DNA of 64,000 nucleotides from Escherichia coli (GTDB taxonomy: Bacteria > Pseudomonadota > Gammaproteobacteria > Enterobacterales > Enterobacteriaceae), in the NCBI RefSeq assembly GCF_003018235.1, contig NZ_CP027437.1; one strand, given 5' to 3'. Shown piece after piece: positions 29,016 through 42,370 of the stretch. Position 1 is the stretch's first letter. Every line of letters starts with the position of its first letter. The notes under the pieces are model-generated. The model was given only the letters and a program-made list of their open reading frames with translations. It did no database searches and was not told the DNA's origin. Both the position numbers and the translations under genes were made by a program.

Positions 29016-29050
29016 TGCCAGATGCGGCGTGAACGCCTTATCTGGCCTGC
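29016..29050. repeat. REP (repetitive extragenic palindrome) element
   Basis: GCCAGATGCGGCGTGAACGCCTTATCTGGCCTGC resembles the REP consensus. Confidence 0.7.
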
Positions 29051-29092
29051 AAAAAATAGCAATACCGTAATCAGGCATATTCTGCAGATACA

Positions 29093-29122
29093 AAAAACCC
29101 CGCCGGAGCGGGGTTTTTTACA
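29093..29122. terminator. Bidirectional intrinsic terminator between yejK and rplY
   Basis: A-run, hairpin CCCCGCCGGAGCGGGG, T-run. Confidence 0.85.
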
Positions 29123-29135
29123 ACTTATTCAGCAA

Positions 29136-29528
<393 letters not shown>

Positions 29529-29544
29529 TCAATCAAAACTACCA

Positions 29545-31305
29545 TTAACCGCGTAATTCGTGCGCCCGACGAAAACGACCTTCGTAATCGAACACTTTTT
29601 CACGCACTTGCCAGTACTGACCTTTCATGCGGGCGACGACAAAATCCGGGTGTCGCAGTAATGCTTGCTGGGCGAGGATATCGGCGGCGGTGATCCAGCG
29701 CAGAGGGATGCCCGGTGTGCGCGTATGCGGACGGATAAAAAGTTGTTCGAAGGCGGTACGCTGGGCGGGCGTTTGTAGACGGAAACGCTCACTCACATCC
29801 GCGCCGTCTTCATCGTAATAGGTGATTTTCAACCATTCGCCTTTCTCGTCGTGCCCATGCTGCAAAGACATGCCGCTACAGCGTAATACCAGCGCGTCTT
29901 TCAGTCGTAGCGCCGCTTTTAACATATCATCCGGATCAACCAGTACGGTGTCACATTCGCGGCAGCGGCGGGCGGCAATATCATTTTCTGCGTTACATTG
30001 CGGGCAATTTTTAAAACGGAAACGGAAGTCACACTGTTCTCGATGACCGTCGTCATCTTCAAACCATCCCTGACAGCGACGACCAAAGTGTTCAATCAAT
30101 GTCCCGTCAGCGGTCGTTTTCCCCCAAAAGGTGTTGGCAAAACCGCAGGCAGGGCAGAAAACCTGTACCGGGACGTTGTCACTTTTGCCTTTCGGTGTAC
30201 CAACTTCCGGCGCGTAGAGATCGTGAGGATTACCCGCATAATCAAGAATTAAGCAATCAGTCTTGCCAGGAGCGAGACGCAGACCGCGCCCGACAATTTG
30301 TTGGTAAAGACTCACCGATTCGGTAGGGCGCAGAATGGCGATAAGATCGACGTGCGGGGCGTCAAATCCGGTGGTCAGTACCGCGACGTTGACCAGATAG
30401 CGAAAACGCTGGGCTTTAAAATCTTCAATTAACACATCGCGCTCAGCGCCGGGTGTGTCTCCAGTAATCAGTGCAGCATCTTCGGCAGGCAGCAGTCCCA
30501 CTATCTCCTTGGCGTGTTCAACGGTGGCGGCGAAAATCATCACTCCTTTACGCTTTTCGGCGAACTCCATAATCTGGCTGATGATGTGGGGGGTAATACG
30601 TTGCTGTTTTTTCAGCTCACGGTTGAGATCGGCTTCACTGAACAAACCGTTACTCTGTGCCTGCAAGCGGCTGAAATCGTATTGCACTACTGGCATATCC
30701 AGTCGTTCTGGCGGCGTCAGATAGCCGTGTTTAATCATATAACGCAGCGGCAGCTCATAAATGCAGTCACGGAAAAGGGCTTTCTCATCCCCGCGTACCA
30801 TGCCGTGATAATGGAACTGGTAGATCCAGCCTTTGCCCAGTCGAAAAGGCGTGGCAGTCAGCCCCAGCAGGCGTAAGTGGGGATTCACTTTGGTCAGGTG
30901 AGTGAGGATTTGCTGATACTGGCTCTCTTCATCGTCACCAATACGGTGACATTCATCGACAATCAACAGCGAAAATTCACCCTGAAAGGCATCAAGATTA
31001 CGGGCGACCGACTGCACGCTGCCAAATACCACTTTACCGTGGCTCTCTTTGCGCTTTAGCCCGGCGGCAAAAATATCGGCTTCCAGTCCCAGTGCCTGAT
31101 ATTTTGCATGGTTTTGCGCCACCAGTTCTTTAACATGTGCCAGCACCAGCACGCGACCACGAGCCAGCCGCGCCAGTTCCGCTATCACCAGGCTTTTACC
31201 TGCACCGGTGGGCAGCACGATAACGGCAGGGGTTTTATGACGACGAAAATGGTTGAGCGTGGCATCCACGGCTTCTTGCTGATATGGGCGGAGTGTAAAA
31301 ATCAT
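29545..31305 (-). CDS. radD: ATP-dependent DNA helicase RadD/YejH (586 aa)
   Basis: Superfamily-2 helicase motifs (GAGKS, DECH) and C-terminal Cys-rich zinc-finger region. Confidence 0.92.
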   Translation of the reverse strand: MIFTLRPYQQEAVDATLNHFRRHKTPAVIVLPTGAGKSLVIAELARLARGRVLVLAHVKELVAQNHAKYQALGLEADIFAAGLKRKESHGKVVFGSVQSVARNLDAFQGEFSLLIVDECHRIGDDEESQYQQILTHLTKVNPHLRLLGLTATPFRLGKGWIYQFHYHGMVRGDEKALFRDCIYELPLRYMIKHGYLTPPERLDMPVVQYDFSRLQAQSNGLFSEADLNRELKKQQRITPHIISQIMEFAEKRKGVMIFAATVEHAKEIVGLLPAEDAALITGDTPGAERDVLIEDFKAQRFRYLVNVAVLTTGFDAPHVDLIAILRPTESVSLYQQIVGRGLRLAPGKTDCLILDYAGNPHDLYAPEVGTPKGKSDNVPVQVFCPACGFANTFWGKTTADGTLIEHFGRRCQGWFEDDDGHREQCDFRFRFKNCPQCNAENDIAARRCRECDTVLVDPDDMLKAALRLKDALVLRCSGMSLQHGHDEKGEWLKITYYDEDGADVSERFRLQTPAQRTAFEQLFIRPHTRTPGIPLRWITAADILAQQALLRHPDFVVARMKGQYWQVREKVFDYEGRFRRAHELRG

Positions 31306-31455
31306 GGTCTCGCGTAGGTAGATTATTCTGCTAATAGTATGCCACGGATCTTTTTCCCTTGAGGGAAGTTATTAGACCGCTATACTGGGCAGACAACAGT
31401 TCAGATTTTCGGGTCATTACCCGACCTCCGTTTTTTACAGGCAAAATCACACACA

Positions 31456-32150
31456 TGCGACTTGATAAATTTATCGCACAGCAACTCGGCGTTAGCCGTG
31501 CTATTGCCGGGCGTGAAATCCGCGGCAATCGTGTCACCGTCGATGGCGAAATCGTCCGTAATGCAGCGTTCAAACTGCTCCCTGAACATGATGTCGCTTA
31601 CGATGGCAACCCGCTGGCGCAGCAACACGGTCCACGTTACTTCATGCTCAATAAGCCTCAGGGCTATGTTTGCTCCACGGACGACCCTGATCACCCAACG
31701 GTGCTCTATTTTCTGGATGAACCGGTAGCGTGGAAACTGCACGCCGCAGGGCGTCTGGATATCGATACCACCGGTCTGGTGCTGATGACAGATGATGGTC
31801 AGTGGTCGCACCGCATTACTTCTCCGCGCCATCATTGTGAGAAGACCTATCTGGTGACGCTGGAATCACCCGTAGCTGACGATACGGCAGAGCAATTTGC
31901 TAAAGGCGTGCAGCTGCATAACGAAAAAGATCTCACTAAGCCGGCGGTGCTGGAAGTGATTACCCCAACGCAGGTTCGTTTGACCATCAGCGAAGGGCGT
32001 TATCATCAGGTGAAACGTATGTTCGCCGCCGTGGGTAACCATGTGGTTGAGCTGCATCGTGAACGTATTGGCGGCATTACGCTGGATGCTGATTTAGCTC
32101 CCGGTGAATATCGTCCGTTAACTGAAGAAGAAATTGCCAGCGTCGTCTAA
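31456..32150 (+). CDS. rsuA: 16S rRNA pseudouridine(516) synthase RsuA (231 aa)
   Basis: Start moved to [13 protein letters not shown]4 domain plus pseudouridine synthase motif. Confidence 0.92.
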
Positions 32151-32177
32151 CTTTTCAATGACTTTCAGGAGCCCGTT

Positions 32178-33368
32178 GTGACCACCCGACAGCATTCGTC
32201 GTTTGCTATTGTTTTTATCCTTGGCCTGCTGGCCATGTTGATGCCGCTGTCGATTGATATGTATCTGCCCGCGCTACCGGTAATTTCAGCGCAGTTTGGC
32301 GTACCGGCAGGCAGTACGCAGATGACCCTCAGTACTTATATTCTGGGCTTTGCGTTGGGGCAGTTAATCTACGGGCCGATGGCAGACAGCTTCGGGCGTA
32401 AGCCGGTGGTTCTTGGCGGTACGCTGGTGTTTGCCGCCGCCGCGGTGGCGTGTGCGTTGGCACAAACCATCGATCAGCTGATTGTGATGCGTTTCTTCCA
32501 CGGGCTGGCTGCGGCTGCGGCCAGCGTGGTCATTAATGCCCTGATGCGCGATATTTACCCGAAAGAAGAGTTCTCGCGGATGATGTCGTTTGTCATGCTG
32601 GTGACGACCATTGCACCGCTGATGGCACCGATAGTTGGCGGCTGGGTGCTGGTGTGGCTGAGCTGGCATTATATCTTCTGGATCCTCGCTGTGGCGGCGA
32701 TTCTGGCTTCGGCAATGATCTTCTTTCTGATCAAAGAAACCTTACCACCGGAGCGTCGCCAGCCTTTTCACATTCGTACCACTATTGGTAACTTTGCGGC
32801 GCTGTTCCGTCATAAGCGTGTCCTGAGTTATATGCTGGCCAGCGGTTTCAGCTTTGCCGGGATGTTCTCGTTCCTGAGCGCCGGACCGTTTGTCTATATT
32901 GAAATTAACCACGTCGCGCCGGAAAACTTTGGTTATTACTTTGCGCTAAACATTGTTTTCCTGTTCGTAATGACCATCTTTAACAGCCGCTTCGTCCGCC
33001 GAATTGGCGCGTTAAATATGTTCCGCTCGGGGTTGTGGATACAGTTTATTATGGCGGCGTGGATGGTCATCAGTGCGCTGCTGGGGCTGGGATTCTGGTC
33101 GCTGGTGGTTGGCGTTGCGGCGTTTGTGGGCTGCGTGTCGATGGTGTCATCTAATGCGATGGCGGTCATTCTTGATGAGTTTCCCCATATGGCGGGAACG
33201 GCATCTTCGCTGGCAGGAACCTTCCGTTTCGGCATAGGGGCAATTGTTGGCGCATTGCTTTCTCTTGCGACCTTTAACTCTGCATGGCCGATGATTTGGT
33301 CAATTGCATTCTGCGCAACCAGCTCCATTCTCTTCTGTCTGTACGCCAGTCGGCCGAAAAAACGGTGA
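32178..33368 (+). CDS. bcr: MFS efflux transporter Bcr (bicyclomycin/sulfonamide resistance), 396 aa
   Basis: 12-TM MFS profile; GTG start. Confidence 0.92.
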   Translation: MTTRQHSSFAIVFILGLLAMLMPLSIDMYLPALPVISAQFGVPAGSTQMTLSTYILGFALGQLIYGPMADSFGRKPVVLGGTLVFAAAAVACALAQTIDQLIVMRFFHGLAAAAASVVINALMRDIYPKEEFSRMMSFVMLVTTIAPLMAPIVGGWVLVWLSWHYIFWILAVAAILASAMIFFLIKETLPPERRQPFHIRTTIGNFAALFRHKRVLSYMLASGFSFAGMFSFLSAGPFVYIEINHVAPENFGYYFALNIVFLFVMTIFNSRFVRRIGALNMFRSGLWIQFIMAAWMVISALLGLGFWSLVVGVAAFVGCVSMVSSNAMAVILDEFPHMAGTASSLAGTFRFGIGAIVGALLSLATFNSAWPMIWSIAFCATSSILFCLYASRPKKR

Positions 33369-33700
33369 TCTATTGCACAACGAGGAAGCTAAAAGGCTTC
33401 CTTTGTTGATGCATGTCAACCATAAATCCATCATTCCCCCGATATATGTTTATTTTATGTAAAATCAATTTATGTAAAAAGTCACATCATTGTAGTTAAA
33501 AAGGTTGAGTTAGATCGCAGAAACGGGTACATATAGCCCCGCAAACGTGACCACGCCCGCAGATATTATTTTAATCAGAGCCATAGAGGCCACGCAGGCG
33601 AGGCATCAATCTTTACGATCTGTATAAAGACGGATTGTTGATGATGTGTTAAAATTGATGTAAGCAAATTGTGAAGTAAATGTGCTTCCGGGGAAAATAA

Positions 33701-34045
33701 GTGACTTCATTACAACTCTCAATCGTCCATCGTCTGCCGCAGAACTTTCGCTGGTCTGCTGGTTTCGCAGGTTCGAAGGTTGAACCGATTCCGCAAAATG
33801 GACCGTGCGGTGACAACAGCCTGGTGGCGCTTAAATTGCTTAGCCCGGATGGTGATAATGCATGGTCGGTGATGTACAAACTCAGCCAGGCGTTAAGCGA
33901 CATCGAAGTTCCATGTTCGGTACTGGAGTGTGAAGGTGAGCCGTGCCTGTTTGTAAATCGCCAGGACGAGTTTGCTGCAACATGCCGATTGAAAAATTTT
34001 GGTGTGGCAATTGCCGAACCCTTCTCAAACTACAATCCTTTTTAA
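33701..34045 (+). CDS. yejG: Uncharacterized protein YejG (114 aa)
   Basis: Size and synteny. Confidence 0.85.
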   Translation: MTSLQLSIVHRLPQNFRWSAGFAGSKVEPIPQNGPCGDNSLVALKLLSPDGDNAWSVMYKLSQALSDIEVPCSVLECEGEPCLFVNRQDEFAATCRLKNFGVAIAEPFSNYNPF

Positions 34046-34048
34046 GCG

Positions 34049-35638
34049 TCAGCTCAACGCCAGTAGCTGACGCGTATACTCCTGCTGCGGTGCGGCAAAC
34101 ACGCGCGCGCACGGTCCTTGTTCCACTACTTCCCCTTGTCGCAGTACGATAACCTGATGACATAACGCGCGGACAACGTGCAAATCGTGACTGATAAACA
34201 AATAGGCCAGTTGATGCTTTTGTTGCAATGATTTCAATAGCGTCAATATTTGCGCCTGTACCGTTTTGTCGAGCGATGATGTCGGTTCATCGAGTATGAT
34301 CAGCGAGGGCTTAAGAATTAATGCCCTGGCAATCGCAATACGTTGCCGCTGACCACCAGAGAACTCCGCCGGATAACGGTGGCGTGTTTCAGGATCTAAT
34401 CCCACTTCATGCATCACGGCTATCACTTGTTGTTCGCGTTGTGCGGCAGAAAGCGTCGGCTGGTGAACCCGTAAGCCTTCCTCAATAATCTGCAAAACGT
34501 TGAGTCGTGGGTTGAGCGAGGAGTTTGGATCCTGAAATACCACCTGAATGCGATGACGAATAGGTAACAGCTGGCGACGATTTAAATTTTGCAGTGGCTG
34601 ACCGTCAAAGATAATGCTGCCCTGAGAGTTAATCAGTCGCAGCAGCGCCAGTCCCGTCGTGCTTTTCCCGGAACCTGACTCGCCTACTAAACCCAGTGTT
34701 TCACCCGCTCGTAGCGTAAAACTGATGTTTTTCACCACCACATTATGATCCACAATGCGCTTCAAAATCCCTTTGCGAATGGGGAAGGCAACCTGAAGCT
34801 GTTCAACATCCAGCAACGTTGAGGCAGGTTCTGGCAATGGTACCGGGTCGCCTGACGGTTCACTGTTGAGTAGCTTTTGTGTGTAAGGATGAGTGGGTGA
34901 GGCAAATAGCGTAGCGGCGTTATTTTGCTCGACACAGCGACCGTTTTGCATTACCGCCACGCGATGGGCCAGTTTTCTGACAATGCTGAGGTTATGAGTA
35001 ATAAACAGCATACCCATATTCAGCTCGCCTTGCAGTTCGCGCAACAGCTGTAAAATCTGCGCCTGAACAGAGACGTCCAGTGCGGTGGTTGGTTCATCGG
35101 CAATTAATAATTCCGGTCGCGTTAACAGCGCCATCGCAATCATCACCCGCTGGCGTTCGCCGCCGGAGAGCTGATGCGGATAATCTGTCAGCCGTTTTGC
35201 CGCCTGGCGGATACCGACGCGATCAAGGCAGTTAAGAATTTCGCCACGAGCCGCTTCCCGACGCATCCCGCGGTGGAGTGAAAGCACTTCATAAAGCTGT
35301 TTTTCCAGGGTATGCAATGGATTTAATGACACCATCGGCTCCTGAAAAATCATGGCGATCTTATTACCGCGTACACCGCGCAACGTTTGATCGCTGGCAT
35401 GAAGCAGCGATTCGCCATGAAAACGAATATCGCCGGAGAGATATTCAACCGGCGGGGAAGGGAGCAGGCGTAAAATTGACAGCGCGGTAACGCTCTTACC
35501 TGAACCAGACTCACCCACCAGCGCCAGCGTTTCGCCAGCCTCAATCTGTAGTGAAACATCATTGACTACTGTGCGTACGGTTTGCTGATGGCGAAAACCC
35601 ACCGACAAATTTTCAATCGCTAACAGAGTTTGCGTCAT
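34049..35638 (-). CDS. yejF: ABC transporter ATP-binding protein YejF (duplicated ATPase, 529 aa)
   Basis: Two Walker A motifs (GESGSGKS x2), two ABC signatures; start moved to [11 protein letters not shown]. Confidence 0.92.
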   Translation of the reverse strand: MTQTLLAIENLSVGFRHQQTVRTVVNDVSLQIEAGETLALVGESGSGKSVTALSILRLLPSPPVEYLSGDIRFHGESLLHASDQTLRGVRGNKIAMIFQEPMVSLNPLHTLEKQLYEVLSLHRGMRREAARGEILNCLDRVGIRQAAKRLTDYPHQLSGGERQRVMIAMALLTRPELLIADEPTTALDVSVQAQILQLLRELQGELNMGMLFITHNLSIVRKLAHRVAVMQNGRCVEQNNAATLFASPTHPYTQKLLNSEPSGDPVPLPEPASTLLDVEQLQVAFPIRKGILKRIVDHNVVVKNISFTLRAGETLGLVGESGSGKSTTGLALLRLINSQGSIIFDGQPLQNLNRRQLLPIRHRIQVVFQDPNSSLNPRLNVLQIIEEGLRVHQPTLSAAQREQQVIAVMHEVGLDPETRHRYPAEFSGGQRQRIAIARALILKPSLIILDEPTSSLDKTVQAQILTLLKSLQQKHQLAYLFISHDLHVVRALCHQVIVLRQGEVVEQGPCARVFAAPQQEYTRQLLALS

Positions 35639-35639
35639 G

Positions 35640-36665
35640 CTACACCGCCTTATTAGGATCAAATGCGTCGCGGACGGCTTCACCAATAAAGATCAGCAAA
35701 GACAACAATATCGCCACCGACAAGAAGGCGGTGATCCCAAGCCACGGGGCCTGAAGGTTATTTTTCCCTTGTAACAGCAGTTCGCCGAGTGACGGTGAAC
35801 CGAGCGGCAGACCGAAGCCGAGAAAATCGAGTGAGGTCAGGGTGGTTATCGAACTACATAAAATAAACGGTAAAAAGGTGAGGGTAGCGACCATGGCATT
35901 TGGCAACATATGACGCAGGATGATACTGCGATCGCTGACGCCAAGCGCCTGCGCCGCGCGGATGTAGTCGAAATTACGGGTACGTAAAAACTCCGCCCGC
36001 ACCACGCCGACCAGACTCATCCAGCCAAACAAGACGGTAATTGCCAGCAGCCACCAGAAGTTAGGCTGTACGACGCTGGAAAGTAAAATAATCAAAAACA
36101 GCGTCGGCATCCCTGACCATACTTCAATAAAGCGTTGCCCCCAGAGATCGACTTTACCGCCGTAATAGCCTTGTAGCGCCCCCGCCAGCACGCCCATCAC
36201 GCTGGAGCTGAGAGTCAGCATCATGCCAAACAGAACCGAGATCCGCGTGCCATAGAGAATACGTGCCAGCACATCGCCGCCGTTGGCATCCGTTCCCAGC
36301 CAGTTTTGCCGGGAGGGTGGGGAGGGGAAGGGCTTGTCGGTAGCAAAGTTGATACTGGTAGCACCAAAGCGAATCGGTGCCCACAGTACCCAGCCGTTAT
36401 TTTCCAGCCGTTGTTTCAGCCACGGGTCCTGATAATCAGCCTGACTTGCCAGCGGGCCGCCAAAATCGCTTTCGCTGTAGTTTTTCAACAACGGGAAATA
36501 CCAACTGCCGTCATAACGCACCAGCAACGGTTTATCGTTGGCGATAAGTTCAGAACACAAACTCAAACCAAACAAAACGAGGAAAATCCATAACGACCAG
36601 TAGCCGCGACGGTTATGACGAAAACGCGCCCAACGGGCCTGATTGACGGGGCTGAGTCGCGACAT
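35640..36665 (-). CDS. yejE: ABC transporter permease YejE (341 aa)
   Basis: Polytopic permease; synteny. Confidence 0.92.
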   Translation of the reverse strand: MSRLSPVNQARWARFRHNRRGYWSLWIFLVLFGLSLCSELIANDKPLLVRYDGSWYFPLLKNYSESDFGGPLASQADYQDPWLKQRLENNGWVLWAPIRFGATSINFATDKPFPSPPSRQNWLGTDANGGDVLARILYGTRISVLFGMMLTLSSSVMGVLAGALQGYYGGKVDLWGQRFIEVWSGMPTLFLIILLSSVVQPNFWWLLAITVLFGWMSLVGVVRAEFLRTRNFDYIRAAQALGVSDRSIILRHMLPNAMVATLTFLPFILCSSITTLTSLDFLGFGLPLGSPSLGELLLQGKNNLQAPWLGITAFLSVAILLSLLIFIGEAVRDAFDPNKAV

Positions 36666-37759
36666 TAACGTCCCTCAAAATCTATACGCGGATCGACCAG
36701 CGTATAGCTGATATCACTGACAATATTCAGCAGCAGGCCAATCAGGGTGAAAATATACAAAGTACCAAACATTACAGGATAATCGCGCGAGACGGTCGCT
36801 TCGTAGCCCAGTAAGCCAAGACCATTGAGCGAAAACATTACTTCAATCAGCAGCGAGCCGGTAAAAAACATGCTGATAAACGTCGCCGGAAAACCGGCAA
36901 TCACCAGCAGCATGGCGTTGCGGAACACATGTTTCCAGAGAATATTTTTTTCACTTACCCCTTTCGCACGGGCGGTCACCACGTATTGCTTACGCACTTC
37001 ATCAAGGAATGAGTTTTTTGTCAGCATGGTCAGCGCCGCAAAGCCGCCAATCACTGTCGCCAGCACCGGCAGCGTGATATGCCACAGATAATCGGTGATT
37101 TTCTGATACCACGGCAGCGAATCAAAGTTAGCGGAAACCAGGCCGCGTAGAGGGAACAGGTCGAAATAGCTGCCGCCTGCGAAGAAGACAATCAGCAGGA
37201 TGGCAAACAAAAAGGCCGGAATGGCGTAGCCGATGATGATAAATGCGCTACTCCAGACGTCAAAGCGGCTCCCATTATAAACAGCTTTGCGAATGCCTAA
37301 CGGAATCGACACCAGATAGATAATCAGTGTGCTCCACAATCCGAGGGTGATGGAAACCGGCAGACTGTCTTTAATCAGCGTCAGCACCGAGGCGCTGCGA
37401 AACAGGCTATCGCCAAAATCAAAGCGGATGTAGTCCCAGAGCATTTTGAAGTAACGTTCGTGGATCGGCTTATCGAAACCGTAGCGATGAGTGATCTCGG
37501 CGATCACTTCTGGATCTAATCCGCGTCCGCCACGGTAATTACTGTCGCTGATATTACCGACGCCCGTTTGCGCATGGCTGGCGCGAACACCTTCACCGCC
37601 TGCGCCGGGTAATACTCCGGCATTACCAAACTCAATGGCGGCGATGGCCTGGTCGACCGGACCGCCAGGCGCAATTTGCACGATGAAAAAGTTGATAGTG
37701 ATAATCGCCCATAACGTTGGGATCACCAGCAACAGACGGCGAATCAGATAAGCGCCCAT
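36665..37759 (-). CDS. yejB: ABC transporter permease YejB (364 aa)
   Basis: Polytopic permease; synteny. Confidence 0.92.
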
Positions 37760-39574
37760 CTACTCTCCCTGTTGTCTGGCTGACGGCAGTTTGGCCGCTT
37801 TATTAACGTCATACCACCAGGTATCGATACCCAGGCTGTAAACAGGGCGTACAGCGGGTTGGGAGAATTTATCCCACCAGGCGAGACGGTCTTCCGCCAT
37901 GTACCACATTGGCAGCATGTAATAATTCCACGTTAATACGCGATCCAGTGCTCGCCCCAACGGCAGTAATTTTTCTTTATTTCCCTGCGCGGCAATAATT
38001 TGGTTGATCAGCGAGTCGATAACCGGACTTTGCACGCCGGGGGCATTATAAGTGGAATTGATATATTCCGATGACCAGGAAATCTGTAAATCGGAACTGG
38101 GCCACGGCATCGCCCGCCATAGGCGCGGCATCATGTCATAGTCGCGACTGCGCATGCGGTTGGTGATTTGCGAGTTATCCACTTTGCGAATGTCCATGTT
38201 GATACCCAGCCGTTGCAGGCTGTGCTGGAACGGCAATACCCACTGACTATTGCTGCTCGAAGGTAGCAATAACTCAAAGCTGAGCGGCTGACCCGTTGTG
38301 GCATTAACGCGTTGCTGACCCTTCAGCACCCAGCCTGCTTCGTTGAGAAGTTTGTCGGCTTTTAACAGGTTGTCACGATCGTAGCCATCGCCTTTGGATA
38401 CCGGCGGCTGGTAGATTTGCGTGAAGACTTCTGGCGGTAGATCTTTTTTCATTGGTGCCAGAAGCACCAGCTCCGCGGCGTCGGGGTAATTTCTGGCCGC
38501 GTATTCGGTATTCTGAAAATAACTGTTCGTGCGACTCCAGGCATTGTAAAACAACGCTTTGTTCATCCATTCAAAGTCAAAGGCGAGAGTGATCGCTTCC
38601 CGCACCCGGCGATCGCTGAATACCGGACGTTGGATATTAAACGCCAGCCAGCGCGTATCCTGGGCTGATTCGTTCTTTTGCTCATCTTTGATGATGTATT
38701 TCTTATCGAAATTTTTACCGGTATAGCGAGTGGCCCAGTTTTTGGCGTCGTTTTCCATACGCAAATCAAAGGCACCGGCTTTAAACGCTTCAAAGGCGAC
38801 ATTATCATCGAGGTAATAATCGTAGCGAATGGTGTCGAAATTCCAGCGTCCACGGTTTACTGGTAAGTTTGCTGCCCAGTAATCTTTCACGCGGGAATAG
38901 ACAATATTTTGCCCCATTTTCCAGGACGTAATTCGGTACGGACCACTGGCAAGCGGAGGCGTGGCGAGCGGGTCGCTAAGTTTGTGATCCTTCCAGTACT
39001 TTTCTGGAAAGACCGGCAGCGAAAACAGACTCAGCATATCTTCTTTGCCGGGTTTAGCTAACTCAATGCGCACGGTTAACGGCGCAATGGCTTTGACGGT
39101 GGTGCCTTTGTAGACCAGACGAAATTGCGGCACGCCTTCGGTCATAAATTTTTGAAAAGTAAACTCTACATCGCGGGCAGTAATGGGCGAACCATCATGA
39201 AAACGGGCGAGCGGATTAATAGCGACCTCCACCCAGGAATAATCGTCAGCATAGCGTGCACTTTCAGCAATCAGCGGGTAATAACTGCCTGGTTCGTCAT
39301 CGGAAGTCGTAAATAGCGTGTCGTACAGCTGCTCGGTGCGTGCGCCCGGGTTGCCGCGCAGTGCATAGCGGTTGAAATTATCGAAGGTGCCGAGGGCTGA
39401 CAACGTTATCTGCCCCCCTTTTGGCGCGGCGGGGTTCACATAATCAAAATGGTTGAAATTAAAGGCGTACCGGGGTTCGCCCAGCACGGCAAAGGCATAG
39501 CTTTCCTTGATAGCCTGCGCCTGCGCACCAAAGGTGAACAGAGCGATAAACAGCAGCAGTATGCGCACAATCAT
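37760..39574 (-). CDS. yejA: Periplasmic oligopeptide/microcin C-type substrate-binding protein YejA (about 604 aa)
   Basis: Signal peptide, family-5 solute-binding protein size. Confidence 0.9.
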
Positions 39575-39655
39575 CTGCAACGGATTTCCTTTTACTCATC
39601 ATTAGCCGCAATCCGGCATGCTTTCACTATGAATAATAAGGGACGTAAGCACACC

Positions 39656-41212
39656 TTACCACTGCGGCGTATACGGTTTCTTCAGCCAGCGAACAAAATT
39701 GTCCAGCGGTAACGGGCGACTAATCCAGAAGCCTTGCATGAAATTAACGCCGCGTTCGCTTAGCCATCGCGCCTGTTCCGGCGTTTCGACCCCTTCAGCA
39801 ACCGTCAGCATATTGAGACGTTTCGCCAGCGTCAGCACCGCGTCAAGTACGGGTGAAGTGATCGTTTCCGTACCGATGGCGTTGATAAATCCACGGTCAA
39901 TTTTCAGATAATCGAGCGTAAAACGCTCAAGGTAGATAAGCGCGCTGTGCCCGGTACCGAAGTCATCAATAGCAATTTCTACGCCGACCGAGTGTAGCCA
40001 GGCAAAGAGTTGCGTGGCTTCTTGCTCTTTCAGCATATCGCGCTCGGTAATTTCCAGCACAATCTGGAAATGGTGTGCGGGCAGGGAAGTGAGCAGTTTC
40101 TGGATATCTGCTTTAAAGCTTTCGCTGTGCAGATGGTCCGGCGCAATGTTAATGCCAAATTTGACGCCTACCGGCAGTACTTTTTCTAATTCTGCGGCAT
40201 CGCGGGCAATTAACTCAAACAGGTGCTGAGTCAGCGGCACAATCATCTTTTGCGATTCGGCAAAGTTAATGAAGGCATCCGGGGGAATTTCTCCCGCTAC
40301 AGGATGCCGCCAGCGTAGCAGTACTTCCAGGCCCGTTACCCGCAAAGCTTGTGTATCCACCACCGGTTGATACGCCACGTAAAATTGTTCGCGCTTGATG
40401 GCGGTCATGATTTCTCTGCCGGGGCGCATACGTACGCTCATCAGGTAATAGCAAAGCAGGCCAACGACAGTTCCACTCATGCCGCCCAGTAAAAATGCGT
40501 ACCACACATCGTTCCATGTCCAGTCATCCGCATAAAGCCGAACGGTCAGAGGAATGCCCGCAATTTTAGTTTCACGGACCGGCATGTCGGTTAATTCATT
40601 AACATTCATCAAACGTGACGAAAAGGTAGATAGCGCAGTATTACCAATAATGAGGGCGACACCATCGTAATCTTCCTGCCGTGAGCTATAGAAGAGTGAA
40701 GGCGTCAGATTGAGATTCAGCGCGGCAAACACGCCACTATTTTTCAACAACGGGTTGCGATACCAAATGACGATTGCGGGTTTGTTCGGCACCATCGGCG
40801 TGCCGGGTAAGATCGCCATATCGACGTTTTTATTAATGTCGAGCGCCGGAATCAATTCATTGAGTGGAATGTCCATCTCACCGGTCGCAGATGAACAGAA
40901 TGTTTTTTTATCTTTCACCAGCACAAACGTACGGACATTCATGCTAAATGCCGCGCGGGCAGTCAGTTCGGGGTTAGCCTGCTGGCAGGTATCTAAGGTC
41001 AGCGGCTGGAGCCGGTCAGTAGTGGATTTCAGGTCGGCAAAATAGGTATCGAGATATTTTTGTACGTCGGTAATCAGTGTGTCGTATTTGACTTCGTGCT
41101 TATGCCAGGCCACTAAAAACTGAAGGCAGCTCACCAGTATCGCAATCATCACGCCTGCAACAATGCAGGTAAGCAGGAGCTTACGTCCAGAATTGGGAGC
41201 GCGTATGAACAT
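39656..41212 (-). CDS. pdeN: c-di-GMP phosphodiesterase PdeN/Rtn (518 aa), membrane-anchored EAL domain protein
   Basis: N-terminal TM/periplasmic sensor, C-terminal EAL-type domain (ELEITE region). Confidence 0.9.
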   Translation of the reverse strand: MFIRAPNSGRKLLLTCIVAGVMIAILVSCLQFLVAWHKHEVKYDTLITDVQKYLDTYFADLKSTTDRLQPLTLDTCQQANPELTARAAFSMNVRTFVLVKDKKTFCSSATGEMDIPLNELIPALDINKNVDMAILPGTPMVPNKPAIVIWYRNPLLKNSGVFAALNLNLTPSLFYSSRQEDYDGVALIIGNTALSTFSSRLMNVNELTDMPVRETKIAGIPLTVRLYADDWTWNDVWYAFLLGGMSGTVVGLLCYYLMSVRMRPGREIMTAIKREQFYVAYQPVVDTQALRVTGLEVLLRWRHPVAGEIPPDAFINFAESQKMIVPLTQHLFELIARDAAELEKVLPVGVKFGINIAPDHLHSESFKADIQKLLTSLPAHHFQIVLEITERDMLKEQEATQLFAWLHSVGVEIAIDDFGTGHSALIYLERFTLDYLKIDRGFINAIGTETITSPVLDAVLTLAKRLNMLTVAEGVETPEQARWLSERGVNFMQGFWISRPLPLDNFVRWLKKPYTPQW

Positions 41213-41322
41213 GATTCCGTTAATTTCCTGAAATTACGACAACATTTAAAAGATAACAATGACCGGACTATAGCCTGGATCAAGACGCGGAAACATCATT
41301 TTCTCTGATGAATGAAAACAAA

Positions 41323-41352
41323 AAAGCACTGCCTAAGCAGTGCTTTCAGTTA
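41323..41352. terminator. Intrinsic terminator downstream of mepS (bidirectional hairpin)
   Basis: GCACTGCCTAAGCAGTGC hairpin with flanking A-run/T-run. Confidence 0.75.
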
Positions 41353-41392
41353 ACTCGTCAGGATAGCCAAGGGATTGCATCCAAACGGTTTA

Positions 41393-41959
41393 TTAGCTGC
41401 GGCTGAGAACCCGGCGTGCTTCGTTGTAACGCTTCTTCCAGTACGGTTCATTCATGCTGGAAATAATAACACCACTGCTGGTGGAAGCATGGACAAACTG
41501 ATTGTTGCCGATATAAATACCGACATGGCGTCCCGTTGAACCGGCACGGAACAGAACTAAATCACCCGTACGCAAATTACTGCGGGAAACAGATTTACCC
41601 ATTTCCTGCTGTTCGTAAGTCGAACGCGGAAGTTCTAAGCCAAATTGCTCACGGAATGTACGCTGTACGAAACCAGAACAATCGATACCTTTTTTAGTGC
41701 TGCCGCCCAGACGATAGCGTACGCCTTTCCAGTCAGCATACTGATCCATAATTCGCGATTTTACGTCGACATTACGAACCAGGTTTTCAAATTCATCCTG
41801 AGAAGCTTGCAGTGATGATGTTTCACTACCCACTGCACGTGTCTCAGGATGCATATTCTTTGCGGTGTTATTTGCACTACATGCAGAAAGCAGAACCGCT
41901 ACTGCAATCGCGGGGATCCCGCGCAAGATATATCTCAAAATCGGTTGAGATTTGACCAT
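41393..41959 (-). CDS. mepS: Peptidoglycan DD-endopeptidase / LD-carboxypeptidase MepS (Spr), NlpC/P60 lipoprotein, 188 aa
   Basis: Lipobox LSAC, NlpC/P60 catalytic region (DCSGF, H...H). Confidence 0.93.
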
Positions 41960-42370
41960 GTTGTTTGTTTTCCCTTGAAGTCCTTAACGACAAATATCGT
42001 TATAAAAAAATGCCAAGCGACACGAGACTAATTACCTGGGCATGTTGAAACAATTCCTTAAGGCCAAATCTGTGGACTAACGCACAAAATTATATGCTGT
42101 GAGGATAATCTACCGCCGAGGCAAAACGAGTTCGAGATTACCCGATTGGTGCGGTCTTGGCGAGCGGTTTTACATGATTTTTTATAAGAAAAAGTGATAC
42201 AGAAAGTTAATAAGCGGGATTGGTCAATTAAAGTACGATTGAGTGAAACGCATGCAATCCATTCATTTACTTAGAGAATGATTTTTGCGCGCGATGGATG
42301 AAAGCACGGTGCGCATCATCAGGATTATCCTCACTATAAAAATAACCCTGATGATGTTAATTACTGTGAG

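Noticed and set aside
29016-29050. REP-like palindromes (also near 55860-55905 and 59050-59095) as possible novel repeats
   Set aside because: They match the common enterobacterial REP consensus and sit in typical positions between convergent or 3' gene ends, so they are ordinary chromosomal repeats.
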